Below are positions 39,002-50,600 of a stretch of DNA of 64,000 nt, piece after piece. Position numbers and translations under genes: made by a program. The first letter of the stretch is position 1; each line of letters begins with the position of its first letter. Below the pieces are notes generated by a model that saw only the letters and a program-made list of their open reading frames with translations, was not told the origin of the DNA and did no database searches. The stretch is from Raillietiella orientalis (Eukaryota): positions 3,534,001 to 3,598,000 of the forward strand of contig JAYWIR010000014.1 in assembly GCA_036172245.1 (NCBI GenBank). The letters run 5' to 3'.

Positions 39002-42000
39002 TGCCCAACTGATTTCTCAACTTATGCTTTGTACCTGGAATCGAAATTTTTTTTAGCCATATTTCATGCAAAAAAGAAGAAAATCATTTTACAGTGATTG
39101 CACGAACGTACTGATACCACATCTTTTTAAGTACACATCAGTCAAACTCGAAAACTTTGGGAATACATGTTCATAACAACGCTATTCTTTTAACGGTACT
39201 GACAAACGATACTGGGAATGAGACTGAACACACAAGCTGGAGGCTTCCGGGACAACAATGTGACAACAATCAATAAATAATGTGAAAGGCATGCAAAGGG
39301 TTCAGATTGAGCACATTGTTATACTTCTCAACAAACTCGGAGATGAGCACCGAATTTTCGGTCATTTCTCAAGGAGAATGAATGACATTACTTCCACCGC
39401 AAGGGAAAAGATTTGGTTCGGCACTGTACCGTACTGTTGGGTTTCACTTTTGTACCTTCCCGAACTGTTTACCTGATAAGGGCATCTAGAAATACCCACA
39501 CACGCGATGATGATCACAAGTAGGATTTGAGATAAACATACCTAAAAGTACTGTGCACACAATCATCCGATTGGGGCAACGGAGTTCCGACATCGTAAAA
39601 GGGCTTTAACCACAAAACACAACACTTACACGATCGTACCAACACTGCAGTATTCGTGTGTTTCATAAGTGCACTACAAAACACAAACAGCATTTCAACG
39701 AAAACACACTTCCGACTCGTCATTTTTTTATCAGCTACTGAATCGTGAGCGACAATTTCTTATCGTGACGATCAAAAAATTTGGATCGATAAAATTTGTA
39801 CAATGTTTCGTGTGAAGTCCCAAAGTATGGATGTCACACACACTTGTGGTACATACGAACTTGCAATCCGAAAATTGCTAACTTGAGATTTCATCAAGAG
39901 AAAATTTTTTTTTTTCGTTTTTTTCTCTCCATTTGTAGCACCATGACACAGTCAAAGCACGGCATAGACGCTTATTTTTTTTTTTTTTTTACAAATCCTT
40001 ATCTTTTTATCAGCTTCAGCTGTGTGACAATATAAACAAGATACAAACCAAGGATCTCCTATAAATCCCGTTTGCAAACACGATTTTATAAGGTGCTTTT
40101 GCTTTTCTAACGCCTCTTTTAGAAAGGCCTGTTATGCGCCAGAGATGAAATTAAATACCTAAATTCAATACTCAAGCAAAGATCCTAAAACCACATTTTG
40201 ACCCACTGTACTTTCCGTGGTACATAATAGCAAAATATCGTTTGGATAGATAACAGATTGTACATTCTCCCCAAGACGCTTTGTCTGAAGGGTGAGAAAG
40301 TATTACTTTTTCAGGTAATCAAAATCAAAATGCATTTTTCATTTCAGACAATGAGAACACTGATTTAAGCTCAGACTGAAAGAATAGTATAAGTAGCAGA
40401 GTTGTGCACACGATGGAGTTGCTTAATGAGAAATCTTATGCTGGAGTTGAGACTTTTTTTTCACATTAACTCTTTTAACATACAAATGTTCGTACAGAAT
40501 CTGAGTATGCCTATAACTTGATTAAAATGCAAAACCTTGCGCCACCTCTATGTATCAATTTGTGCTTGTTTTTCTCTTTGGCTAGCTATAATTACAGACT
40601 TACGTACTTAGCACGTTTGTTAATATTGATCTCGTATACAGTTTTGTTTGGGATTTCGAAATTATCTTCATAACTTTACAGGCGAACGCATCCGGAGAGG
40701 AAAGGTGCATGTTAAACTTCATTGCATTCGAGACATCTATCAATTTGATATCGCTGTCTGCATGAAATGATGCAACTTCTCGTTACTGACTTTCAAATCA
40801 GTAATGACTTTCAAGTATGGAGATCTCAATGTCGTAACTTGTTTGTTTTGTACCACATATAAGATGGGAGGGAAACATTTGGTTTTCGAGAGTTCGCTCT
40901 TTTTTGTTTTCGAGTTCGTTCTTATGGGTAGCATTCCTTCTCTTCCTAGATGCCCATTATTTCGGAAGCTTTAACTTGTACAAACAATGAATACTCAAGA
41001 TATTCGGATATTATTTTCTTTCGATGTTCTTTCCTGATCGTGGCAAGAGCAGAATCCTTGAGAACTGCGTGTATCACACTGATCATGCATGTAGCATCGT
41101 AACTTCCCATCCAGTGTGGAGTCGTACAGTTGCCAAGTGCAGTTCTCCCACACGAGGTGAGACGCAGAAGACGTTGACTGCGTGTATGAAGAACTTGTAC
41201 GATGCTGGGATCACACGATTGTAAATAAAGAGAAATGCAAAGGATCTCTGCTACGGGGCAATCCAGTGGATGGATTGTACATTGGCGTAATATTTTTTAG
41301 GTGGCATTTCGGTACGATTTTCGGCAGCTTGAAGAGTTTACTTTGTTGATACAAAATGACTTGGTATTTGACACAGTGGAAATTTATTGCGCATTAACCA
41401 TCAGGAATTGATATATAAAGTCTTTTGTCTAAAATTTCGGATGCATTTCAGAGAATTTGGCGCTTAATATTCAGAAAAGTTTTTTGCATTGTGTCGGAAA
41501 ATTTGAATCTGTTAGGACTGCTGGTGTTCTTTTGGTTGTACGTTACTAAAGTAATTACAGTCTTTGCTGCTCACTGCATCTATCAAGTATTAATCCGTAC
41601 ACTGATTTACTTCGGAAGGTACTGATTCCGTACTCTTGTTTCGTTCTCTTTAACATGCTATATTTAGGGAAACAAATTCGAATGCTCTGTTCGCGGAGAT
41701 TATTTGCAAAAGATAGTTTGCTGAAGGGCATTCCACAGTTGATAGTCCTTATACACTAAAATCTTTTGGGTGGACCACACAATCACCCTTCGCATCTCGA
41801 ACACAAGATGCAGTAGTTGTACTTGAACAGTTTTTCTGCATTCACAAGTATTTTGTATTCACTGATGGAGCTGAGCCCAGAGATTGTGTTCATGTGCGAA
41901 AGTAGCTCTTCCTTAAACTGAATTTAGGAAATGAGAAAAAAGTGATGCTTTAAATAAAATTTCCTACTGATGCTTCAACTTTCGCAACAGACCGAAACAA

Positions 42001-45000
42001 GTATGCAAATAAACAAAAGACGAAACAGTCATTTTAATTTTAAAGAAACACTCCCAGCAGTAATAATAATAGTAATACGAATAACAATGGATTCAAGGGA
42101 ACGATATTACAAATGATAATGGCAAGTTCAGTAAGCACAAATGCAAATTTTTATTGTGTTGGAGGAAACATTTTACAAAACGGTTGCTCTCTTGGCATTC
42201 ATGAGAGCTACATAAAGTCATTCGAAAAGTATGAGCTTCAGAATTGGGTGGCTCCTATAATCTTATTTAGTGTTCACTTCTTTACCGTATACTGTGGCTC
42301 ATTAGAGTAATGGCCTAAATAAAAAGAGCATTTGGCTTGCTCTGTAAAACCAAATCACATGAAGTGATACAGAGAAAGTGCGTATATTTTAGGCCGAATA
42401 TTCTTGAGGTACGGAAGACTCCAATCATACCAATCACGGACAAGATGAAAGAGCATATGAAAGTCAACCATCCAAAATAAACAAAAAAGCGTTTTTTTTT
42501 TTTAATTAAAGGGAAGTTATGGTACCGAAGTAAACAGTCCTATGTTTTTGATCATCCTTAGAGTATTGGCTCATGTACAAAACACGGGGACTGTAAAAAT
42601 CGGGCCAAGGAAGGCATCGAACAAAGCAGCAGCATTGATTTCACTTTGATCAGATTATTTTCAAACAATCTGAAAACTTCAAAGGAAGCAAAGGTGTGTG
42701 CAATTAGGAGCACTAACGTATTGAGCAGGCGCTCTATTAGAATTAGTAGCTGGCTATATAAAATGGAAAAAAAAATCCAATAAAAAAATAAGCTTGATGC
42801 AGTTTCGAGTCGTTGAAACATCAGATCAATAAGAGCTTGCTTACCAATCTTTCCAAGTCTCTGCATCCGTGCTGATGGAAAAAAAAAGAACCCAAGGATG
42901 CAAATAAAACTGAAATCTCATTTAGAGAAGGTTTTTACAGATCACTCTTGAAGATTATGTGTATGAGAACTAATGGAGATTCAGATTTTTGTGAGATGTA
43001 AAGGGTCATGTGACAATTAAATAGTTACAATTCTTGGGAATAGCAATAACATTTCTGAATGTTTCTCAGGCTTCATCATTCTTGGGATGATAACTTAAGA
43101 ACCGTAATTTCCTGGAGTTTTGTCAACAATTCGGACTGAAGTTATTTGAGTTTAAGCATCAATTTGGCAGTGAGATGAAACCGAAGATGCTGAAGGAATT
43201 TCAAGACTTTCAAATTCGAGTAACGATTCTACCTGAGATAGAATTATTATTCTATGACTTTGAAAAACGATTCACTCTGAGCAGAAGAAAATGAGATTCA
43301 TTCTTCCATTAGCTCGAAAGTGTGCCTTTGTTTCAGTGTTCATCCCAGTAATTTGGGGCACAGAAGTATTAATACGATCTGCCAGTGTGCCCCAAATGAG
43401 AATGGAAATGTAGCAAGCTAATCATTGTTCTCTCTCACGGAATCGTGGAAAAGGCCAAAATGATAGCGTCTTTGGAAAGCAAATAAAACGACCTGAGATG
43501 ATGATGTGAATGAGATGCTGGGATGGAAGGTCTGTGAAAACAGTAGATCGCGTAGTAGAGAAAAGGTTTGAATGAAATCTCAGAATTCAGCACCATTGGA
43601 AATCAATGAAAGTAAATCACTCCCTTTGAGCTTCTTGCAAAATTTTAGTCAAATTACACTGAAATCTTTTGTTTTGTTTTAGTAGATGCTCTTCCGAAAA
43701 TTTCCAACGAATGACGTGAAAAAAACCCATTGAATCCCCATGTGAGTTCTCCTGCTCCCATTACTGACTTTGGTACAAACCATGCTCGCTGCAGTGCATA
43801 AACGATCATCTGCTAGCAGCACTGAACAAGGGAAAAATCAAACAAAGGTCGAGGTCAGGAAACGCTCGGGGACAATTCCGCAGGCATTTCCGAAGGACCG
43901 ATCGCATTCGGTGAATTAACTAAAATTCGGTGTCACATCCATGTCAGATATGAAAAATTAGAAGCAAAAAGAAATGTAGAAGCCAATAATAGTTTGAACA
44001 AAATAATGAGTCACTCTTTCGGATACAAAAAAAAGAGCAAAAAAGGAACCAGTACAATGGACATGATTGATGCACCGTTTGTTTTCGTCAAGTTGGACAA
44101 AAAAGTCAGACGGTTCAAAAACCACATTACGTAGGGAGAGAGATTCCTCTAAAAAGAGTTGCACTGTTACCTACAAGGCTCTTGCATAATTTGGATTTTC
44201 CCTGAAAAGAGATCAAGAACAGATGACTGAAGAAAGGAGGGAGGGGAGGCGGGGAATCAAAAATCCGTAAATACAGCGTGGAAAGATGGTTGCCCTTTTA
44301 CTGCATCGATCCATTCATCACTTTACTGCTTTCATGCAAAGTCCCATTTTAGTATACTTACATTTTGGTATACTTTTGTCGAACACAAGCAAGCTGAAGT
44401 TTTTTTCCCTCGCTGGCTGGTTTCGATTCAGGAGGGTCTCACTGGGGGAATTGCAAGCCAGAGAGCCTGCTGTACTCTTTCTTATTCATAGAATCGATAA
44501 ACTCAGTGCGCTTTTGCAATCCAATGCTAACTAAAAAGGAGATCAAGAGAAAAATAAATTGGACATGGCCACTGGATCAGATATGGTACACAAAAGGATC
44601 AGCTAAAAGCTGTCCCTAAAATATACACGAGCTAAGTGGTGAAGATTTCAGCACTATGTTAAGGCACAGAAAACAAGAGACACGGAGCACGATAGATGCT
44701 GCGCGTAACTCAAAATGGCACACAGTAAAAACAAATAGGGAGAGACCCGTCATCAACATATCCAGAGAATGGAATCTAAGAAAAATATAATATCGCTTGC
44801 TCTTTGCTCTTCTCTTGAGTATCCGTTTGGGTTGTAAAGTAGGTGCCAGCAATAAGAATGATTATTCGGTGCTCATCTTCGAAGAATGCAAGACTCTTGA
44901 GTGAAGCCAGGGGGAGAAAGTTCCTTGTGTTTCCAGCAAAAGATAAAAAGCCTTAGGTGGCACAAAGCGTTTCTAAATTTCAGCTGTTGTACACGTGTCT

Positions 45001-46879
45001 GCAGAATGTGGATGCGTGTGTGAGGGAACAGGACGTAGAAAAGCGAGGAGGTATTATTGCATGTCGATAAATTCGAAGGCCAATTTCCGTGCATGCAGTT
45101 ACATTCGTCATTTTGACACTAAAGCATCCTTCAAGTGAAACTTTTCCTTGGGGCAGCCAGGTGCTCAGGTGTTTTGCTTAGTAATGAAGCAAAGGTTTGT
45201 TCGTTTTTCTTTCAACACATCCAATAAATGGACATCTTTGCAATGGCTGCTATTTGGGATTGGGGTTCTTGGCGCAAAGTTTCCAGGGATTCTGCATCCC
45301 CTATCTCGTGCAGGAAAACTCTTCCTTTGTTCCAAACAACTTTCCTGACAAGTCACGAAGACGAACCTTTAAGTTGCTTGCATCACAAGACTTGATCACC
45401 AATGAGCTCTCGCGACAGAGCGCAAGACTTGAGTTCTTGGAAGTCTGACGATCCCGTTCCACTTATGCTCAAAGAGCTATGTGCTGGTCATCCTCCAGTA
45501 GGGTTTGCTAGATGGAGACCACTCCACCGCCACCACGGATATAAATAATCCAGAATTTATGTGATAGCTTTCTGGTGAATCCAGGAGTTCTAGGCAACCC
45601 TCCAATAGTTCCAAATATATAGAGGATTCGCAGCAAGTCCATCCGAATTTAGAAGCGATACCCGCATCGGAGCTTCAAGCAAGCTCAGCGAATGTGTTCC
45701 GATGGTTGTTCCTACGTCAAGCATTCATACAGTAAGCTTAGCAGTGGTATTATCTCAAGAAATCATAAACCCTGAGAATATATGAAATGGCTTTCCGAAG
45801 TTGTTGAAGATACAGGATTCTGGAAGGGCGAAAGAACGCCACAAGGAAGTGAGCCATCACAACGATGCCCGTTTCTAAAGTATGTGCCCTCAGTTTCTCA
45901 CGGACATATTCTGGTTTCTCGGTCGTTTCTAAAGGAACGCGTTCCGGAGATGAAATGTATGTACGGACGAGGTCAACTGTTACAAAAAGCATATAACAAA
46001 AAGGTAGAATGCAGGGGGAAAAAAAAAAAAACATGGATCGCTCTCGTAGTTTGCACGTTTTTCGTCGTGCCATTTCTTCGCCGAGGAACAAAGCGGTTTC
46101 AAGAATATTTTCTCTCCCTTTTGTTACTGAAGATCACCTCTTGATTTAAGATAACAGCAAATATCGTGCTGTTATCTTCAATCAAACAGACATCTTATTT
46201 CACCTTCCGCACAAAAGAGACATTATGTTCTGCGACCACAAACAGTCAGACATCATCGCTTGTTTCCAGATACCTGTGGGAATTATGGTCCTCATGGTGT
46301 TTGGAAGATAGAAACATCGTCCAGGTTACCAGTCTGGATTCCTGGGAACCAAAATATGATGAAAACAGAACTAGATGTTGCAGCTGGTGAGGGGGGGAGA
46401 CTGAAGCTGTTGGGTGGAACAACGAACGCAGATTTCACGAAGAACGGACCTTTGATTGGGCTTTGCAATGTCTTCCATTGTGTCAATTCATATCCTAGTA
46501 ATCGTTGCTAAGTGAGTCCGCTAGAAGTGAGAGCGGGTTTTGGACTCGGTTTTACTCCCGAATTCCAGGAAGAGAGACATTGGTTTCAGGCAGGTTTCAC
46601 ACTCGCATGGCGCAACAGCAGTTGGTGAGGAAGTGGCCCGTCCAAAGGTACTTGCACCGTGCCCGTCACACACCCCCGGGGTCGATGTGAGGGTGTGTGA
46701 CGGCTCGGTGTTTGACTTTCCGAAGTAGCATAGGCTAAGGAACAATCCCTGAATGCCGTCGGGGTGTGGAGAACATCAGGGAGGGATGGAGTACGGGAAG
46801 AATGGATGTTTCGGTGTAGTAAGCGTTCCTCCGCAGACGATTCGATCCCGCCTTCCGCACGTTAGGTTCCAGCCCGTTG

Positions 46880-47272
46880 GTGCACATGACTCGTCCTTCT
46901 CGTCCGTTCTGCCGCTGACTTTCCGGTTCACTACCATTCTCTCAGGACAGCTCATCTCATCAGCGCCTCCGTTCTGTCGAGGCAGTAGCAGCCGTACACG
47001 CTCTTGCAAAGCCTGATCCCAAGGGGGGGAGGAGAAGAAGGGGAGATGGAGACCACGCAGTCCCCAAGTTAGCGGAATCCCGATTTCTTAACTGGGAGTG
47101 TAGCCAGTGACTGTGAGTCAGGCGAAGACAAGGCAACGCGTCCCGAGCAACAGATCGCAGTTTTTTGCCCATCGCGGATCGCCTCAAGGCTGTGGCTATG
47201 GGCCCTCTGGAGGATCAAAACTCACCGAGCCCTGCTGTGGACAAGGATTTCAGCGGAGCAGGAGAGACTGGT
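46880..47272 (+). mobile_element. Degenerate L1/Tx1-like ORF2 C-terminal remnant
   Basis: VLPLTFRFTTILSGQLISSAPPFCRG / VHALAK resembles the knuckle region of the 19886-20414 copy (LVSGGVVSPNCKRCG..HLLLDC). It is followed by LWALWRIKTHRAL (cf. KAHREL). GC-rich. Confidence 0.4.
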
Positions 47273-47903
47273 GGCAGAATATTTATCACAGTACTTTTAT
47301 AAAAATGAACTCTTCTCAGATGCTAGTCTTGATGTAATAAGGGAATGTCAGTTAAAACCTTATTTTGTGATAGATGTACAGAATGGAGAGGAAAGAAGAC
47401 GCACAAATGGGAGTTTGAGTAATCTCAACGAAGCTGTAGTAACGGCCGGAATAACGAAATCCATAATAGAGAATAAACTGATAAACAGACTTTCAGTTGG
47501 TATTATTACACCATATGCAAAACAAAAATTGATCATTCAAAAGACGTTGGCAGAATTGATCAAAAACGAACCTGAGGCGGAAGTGAATACTGTTGATGGA
47601 TTTCAAGGAAGAGAAAAGGATATTATTATTTTATCTTGTGTGCGAGCAAATAATAAACAGTCTATTGGTTTTCTAATTCACCCGCAAAGGTTAAATGTTG
47701 CACTGACTCGTGCAAGATACAGCCTCATCATTATTGGACATCTTTCCTCTTTAAAAATACATCCTCATTGGAGGGAATTAATCTTAGAAGCACACAAGCG
47801 GCGTGTCGTGCTAGAAACTGATAATAGCAATTTGAAGGATATTGTTGGTCTCGCCGTCTCCAGCCCACCAGCACAGACGTCGCTCTGGAGTCCCATCACA
47901 TAG
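47271..47903 (+). pseudogene. Intronless fragment of a senataxin/Sen1-like SF1 helicase (C-terminal AAA_12/RecA2 domain)
   Basis: Upf1-like family motifs: SLSNLNEA, SVGIITPYAKQK, EVNTVDGFQGREKDIIILSCVRAN..SIGFL..PQRLNVALTRARYSLIIIGH...HPHW. It begins just after the expected QYRMHP motif. No Walker A/B half is seen in the window. Confidence 0.8.
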
Positions 47904-49989
47904 AATCCTCCTCTTTCCTCATGGTGCAGGTTTCAGCTCAAGATGAATGCCGTGAGACAGAGAGAATTCTCATATCCACAGGGAGACAGAGGCACTCCGT
48001 TCACATGGAAATCAAGCCTTCGTCTCGTGAAAGTTGGCGCTGGGTGCGAGGAGCATCGTGGGTCACCATCTGAGATGGGAATTGTTCCCGAAACGATGAG
48101 TAGGGAGAGGCAGGTCGGCGCGCCCGGAACCCAATGCAGGATGCTCTCCAACTTTAGCAAAAGTCACGGGAGCCGTGGAAACTGTCCCCACAAAGTCTCG
48201 CTCCAGAATACGAAGGACGAGGACGCTTAGTGCCGGATACAGTTCGCAAGAAAAATCTGAGACCGGAAGACGCCTCCCGCAGTCTGTCCCCACCGGAAGT
48301 CGCACGCGGGCAACCATCGTTCCTGCACTGAATTTCTCTCTACCGAGCAGCAGCATCTGGAGCTATAAGGGCGGGGTTCGGCGACGTGCGCACGTGCTGC
48401 TGCCCCTATTCAGCATTTCCTAACCCCTTCTTGAGTGCGCGCGTCCTTGCTGAGCACAGAGAGCGGGCAGCGCCGGCCTCCCAGGCGGCGAAAGATCGTC
48501 TGACCCTTCTGACCGTTCGGCTTGCACCGGGAAGATCCTCGAGTAGAAGTTTCGCCCGCCAGCCCTCAGGGAAGGCGCGCAGCCCTCACGAAGGCCGCGG
48601 CTGCAGACCGTCCGGATGTGGCTGCAGCCGCGCAGAGAGCAGAAGGCAGACATCCCCTTCTCCCTCTGGGGAGAGGGGATGTCTCCCTGTTCCCGCCTTT
48701 GTTTCGGGAGTGCGCTGTGGAAGAGTGTTCCCGGAGACCAAGCAATCCACGTGGTGTTTTTCTCCGGTCATGCATCATGCTCGGTGGCGCTTCAAGTTTC
48801 GGAGGATATTCGTTCTTTTTGGAGCTATCCCAGAACAAAAGCACTCTGCTGAACTGAATGACGGACTCTGCTTAGGATTCATCATGGAAAGCCATCTATT
48901 TCTTGCATTTACTTCAGGTGCCTTTACTCCCCCCCCTTCCCCACGCACAGCCTGGTTCCCTGGGCAACGGTTTTATGAAAAACATTTGCAGACCCGATGA
49001 AAGGGGGAGCATCCCAATGATCCAGGGACTTGAGCGGTGGAGCCTTCTGGCTTCATCCCCCACCCTCATGTCCGGCGCCAATCCCGGAGAGAGTCGAGGG
49101 GATGCTGCTCTCTTTGAGGGGGCTCTTGTTGCTTTGAGGCTCTTGTTGAACCTTACAGCTGGACCACCATCCTTCGGAGCGCATCTTTGCAAGCTCCTTC
49201 CCCGAAAAGGCCTCTGGGGTGCATCGCTGACGATCGCTCGATGACCTAGGCTTCCTGAGAGAAACTGACATCGCTGAGCTCTATGACCTGACAAAAAGGG
49301 CACGCCATTTCGAAAATCCCAACGAGTGTGTATCTCGCCCCGAGCTGCCTCTCTTCCGCAATTTGCGCCTGTGGCTCTGTGCTGGCGAGAACTCTGCCCC
49401 TTTCTCTCGTAGGTCGACACAGGCACTTGTACACCAGGAAGCCTACCGGCGCCTTCCGTGTCGCGACAGCCACAATGCTTAGCGTTCTCCTAGGCACACT
49501 GTCGATGCGAGCGGGTCCCCAAGTTCGAAAACGGAAGATCTCCTCTCCTGAGCGGGGTTCTTCCTGTGAGCACCTGCACTGTAGGCTCAGTTGTCATGTC
49601 GACCGAGGGAGCATAGAGAATCGCCGTTGAAGAGGCTTGGCAAACTCCTTACCAGACCTAGTGCTGCTCATGTAGCTGACTTCTGCTGTGCATCGCTAAG
49701 AGGTGCTGCAAAAAAAAAAAAAGAAAAGAAAGAAAGAATGAAGGAAAAATTCCGCTAAGCATTTAGTGGAATCCCGCTCACCCTTCGATATTCAAATGCG
49801 TGGATCAAGAACCACCCTCAATCTCCCCATGGTTGATTTGACCTCTGACACGGGGAATCCCGAAGTTCCTGCCACCCCAGAGGGCGTCTCAATGGAGACT
49901 TCACGATCTCCGTTGTTATGGTGACGCGTATCAAGAACTCTGTTGCTGCTGGATCGCGAAATCCATCAGCAACCTGTTGCTCGACCATC

Positions 49990-50600
49990 GCTGGATGAGC
50001 TGACCAGGAAAGCATGATGAAACGCATTTCCCTGCATACTGCACTCGTGGATGACCACCTCCGACTGAGCTAGCTTACACCAAGTACGGAGATGGGAAAT
50101 AAGGTGGGCAGTTTGAGTGAGCGTAAAGACGGTGAAAGCATCTCAAGGAAGCCCACGTGCTCTGTCCCACGGTCCGGAGCACCAACCCATTGTCACGACT
50201 CAGCGACATTACATAGCGCTTCATAGGGCGTGTGAACTGCTCCCGTGTCTGCTGTCTCTCCTTTGGACCAGTGACATGGAGCACTGTGGACGCGCCTTCA
50301 GCTCCTGACATCATTGGCCTTCTTGTCCAGAACGTCACAAGTTCTGTCATCAACATCACTTTCCAAAAGTTGATGATAGAAGGCAGCAGACACACATCTG
50401 CTTTTCCTGGCACAGGAATGCCAGAGGATTTACGAGTGCATCAATCCGGTGGTTGGTGCACTAGGGTACTGGGATCGAAAGAACCAAGAGATCATCAAAA
50501 ACTGCGGTGTCTCTGATCACCGAGGTCAGTCACAACTCTGTACCTATTGCAATCAAGCGTCCGGGAGGTTCCCTCTCCACTCCAGAGTCTCTGTCAGGAT
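49990..50600 (+). mobile_element. Third, heavily degenerate NeSL/Utopia-type remnant (post-RT linker, CCHC knuckle, RLE)
   Basis: In order across frames: DQESMMKRISLH (cf. DQGK..EC.S.H), YTKYGDGK (cf. YTRFADWR), RR*KHLKEAHVL / SHGPEH...QRHYIALHR (knuckle + RHN), APDII...VINITF (PD..D motif), VVGALGYWDRKNQEII. Confidence 0.7.

Noticed and set aside
45450..45550. LMLKELCAGHPP resembling a gypsy integrase zinc-binding start
   Set aside because: No downstream CxxC, DDE motifs or LTRs recognised.
46776..47009. Minus-strand LLPRQNGG as a post-RT LINE motif
   Set aside because: Isolated match; the + strand gives a more coherent knuckle-plus-tail reading.
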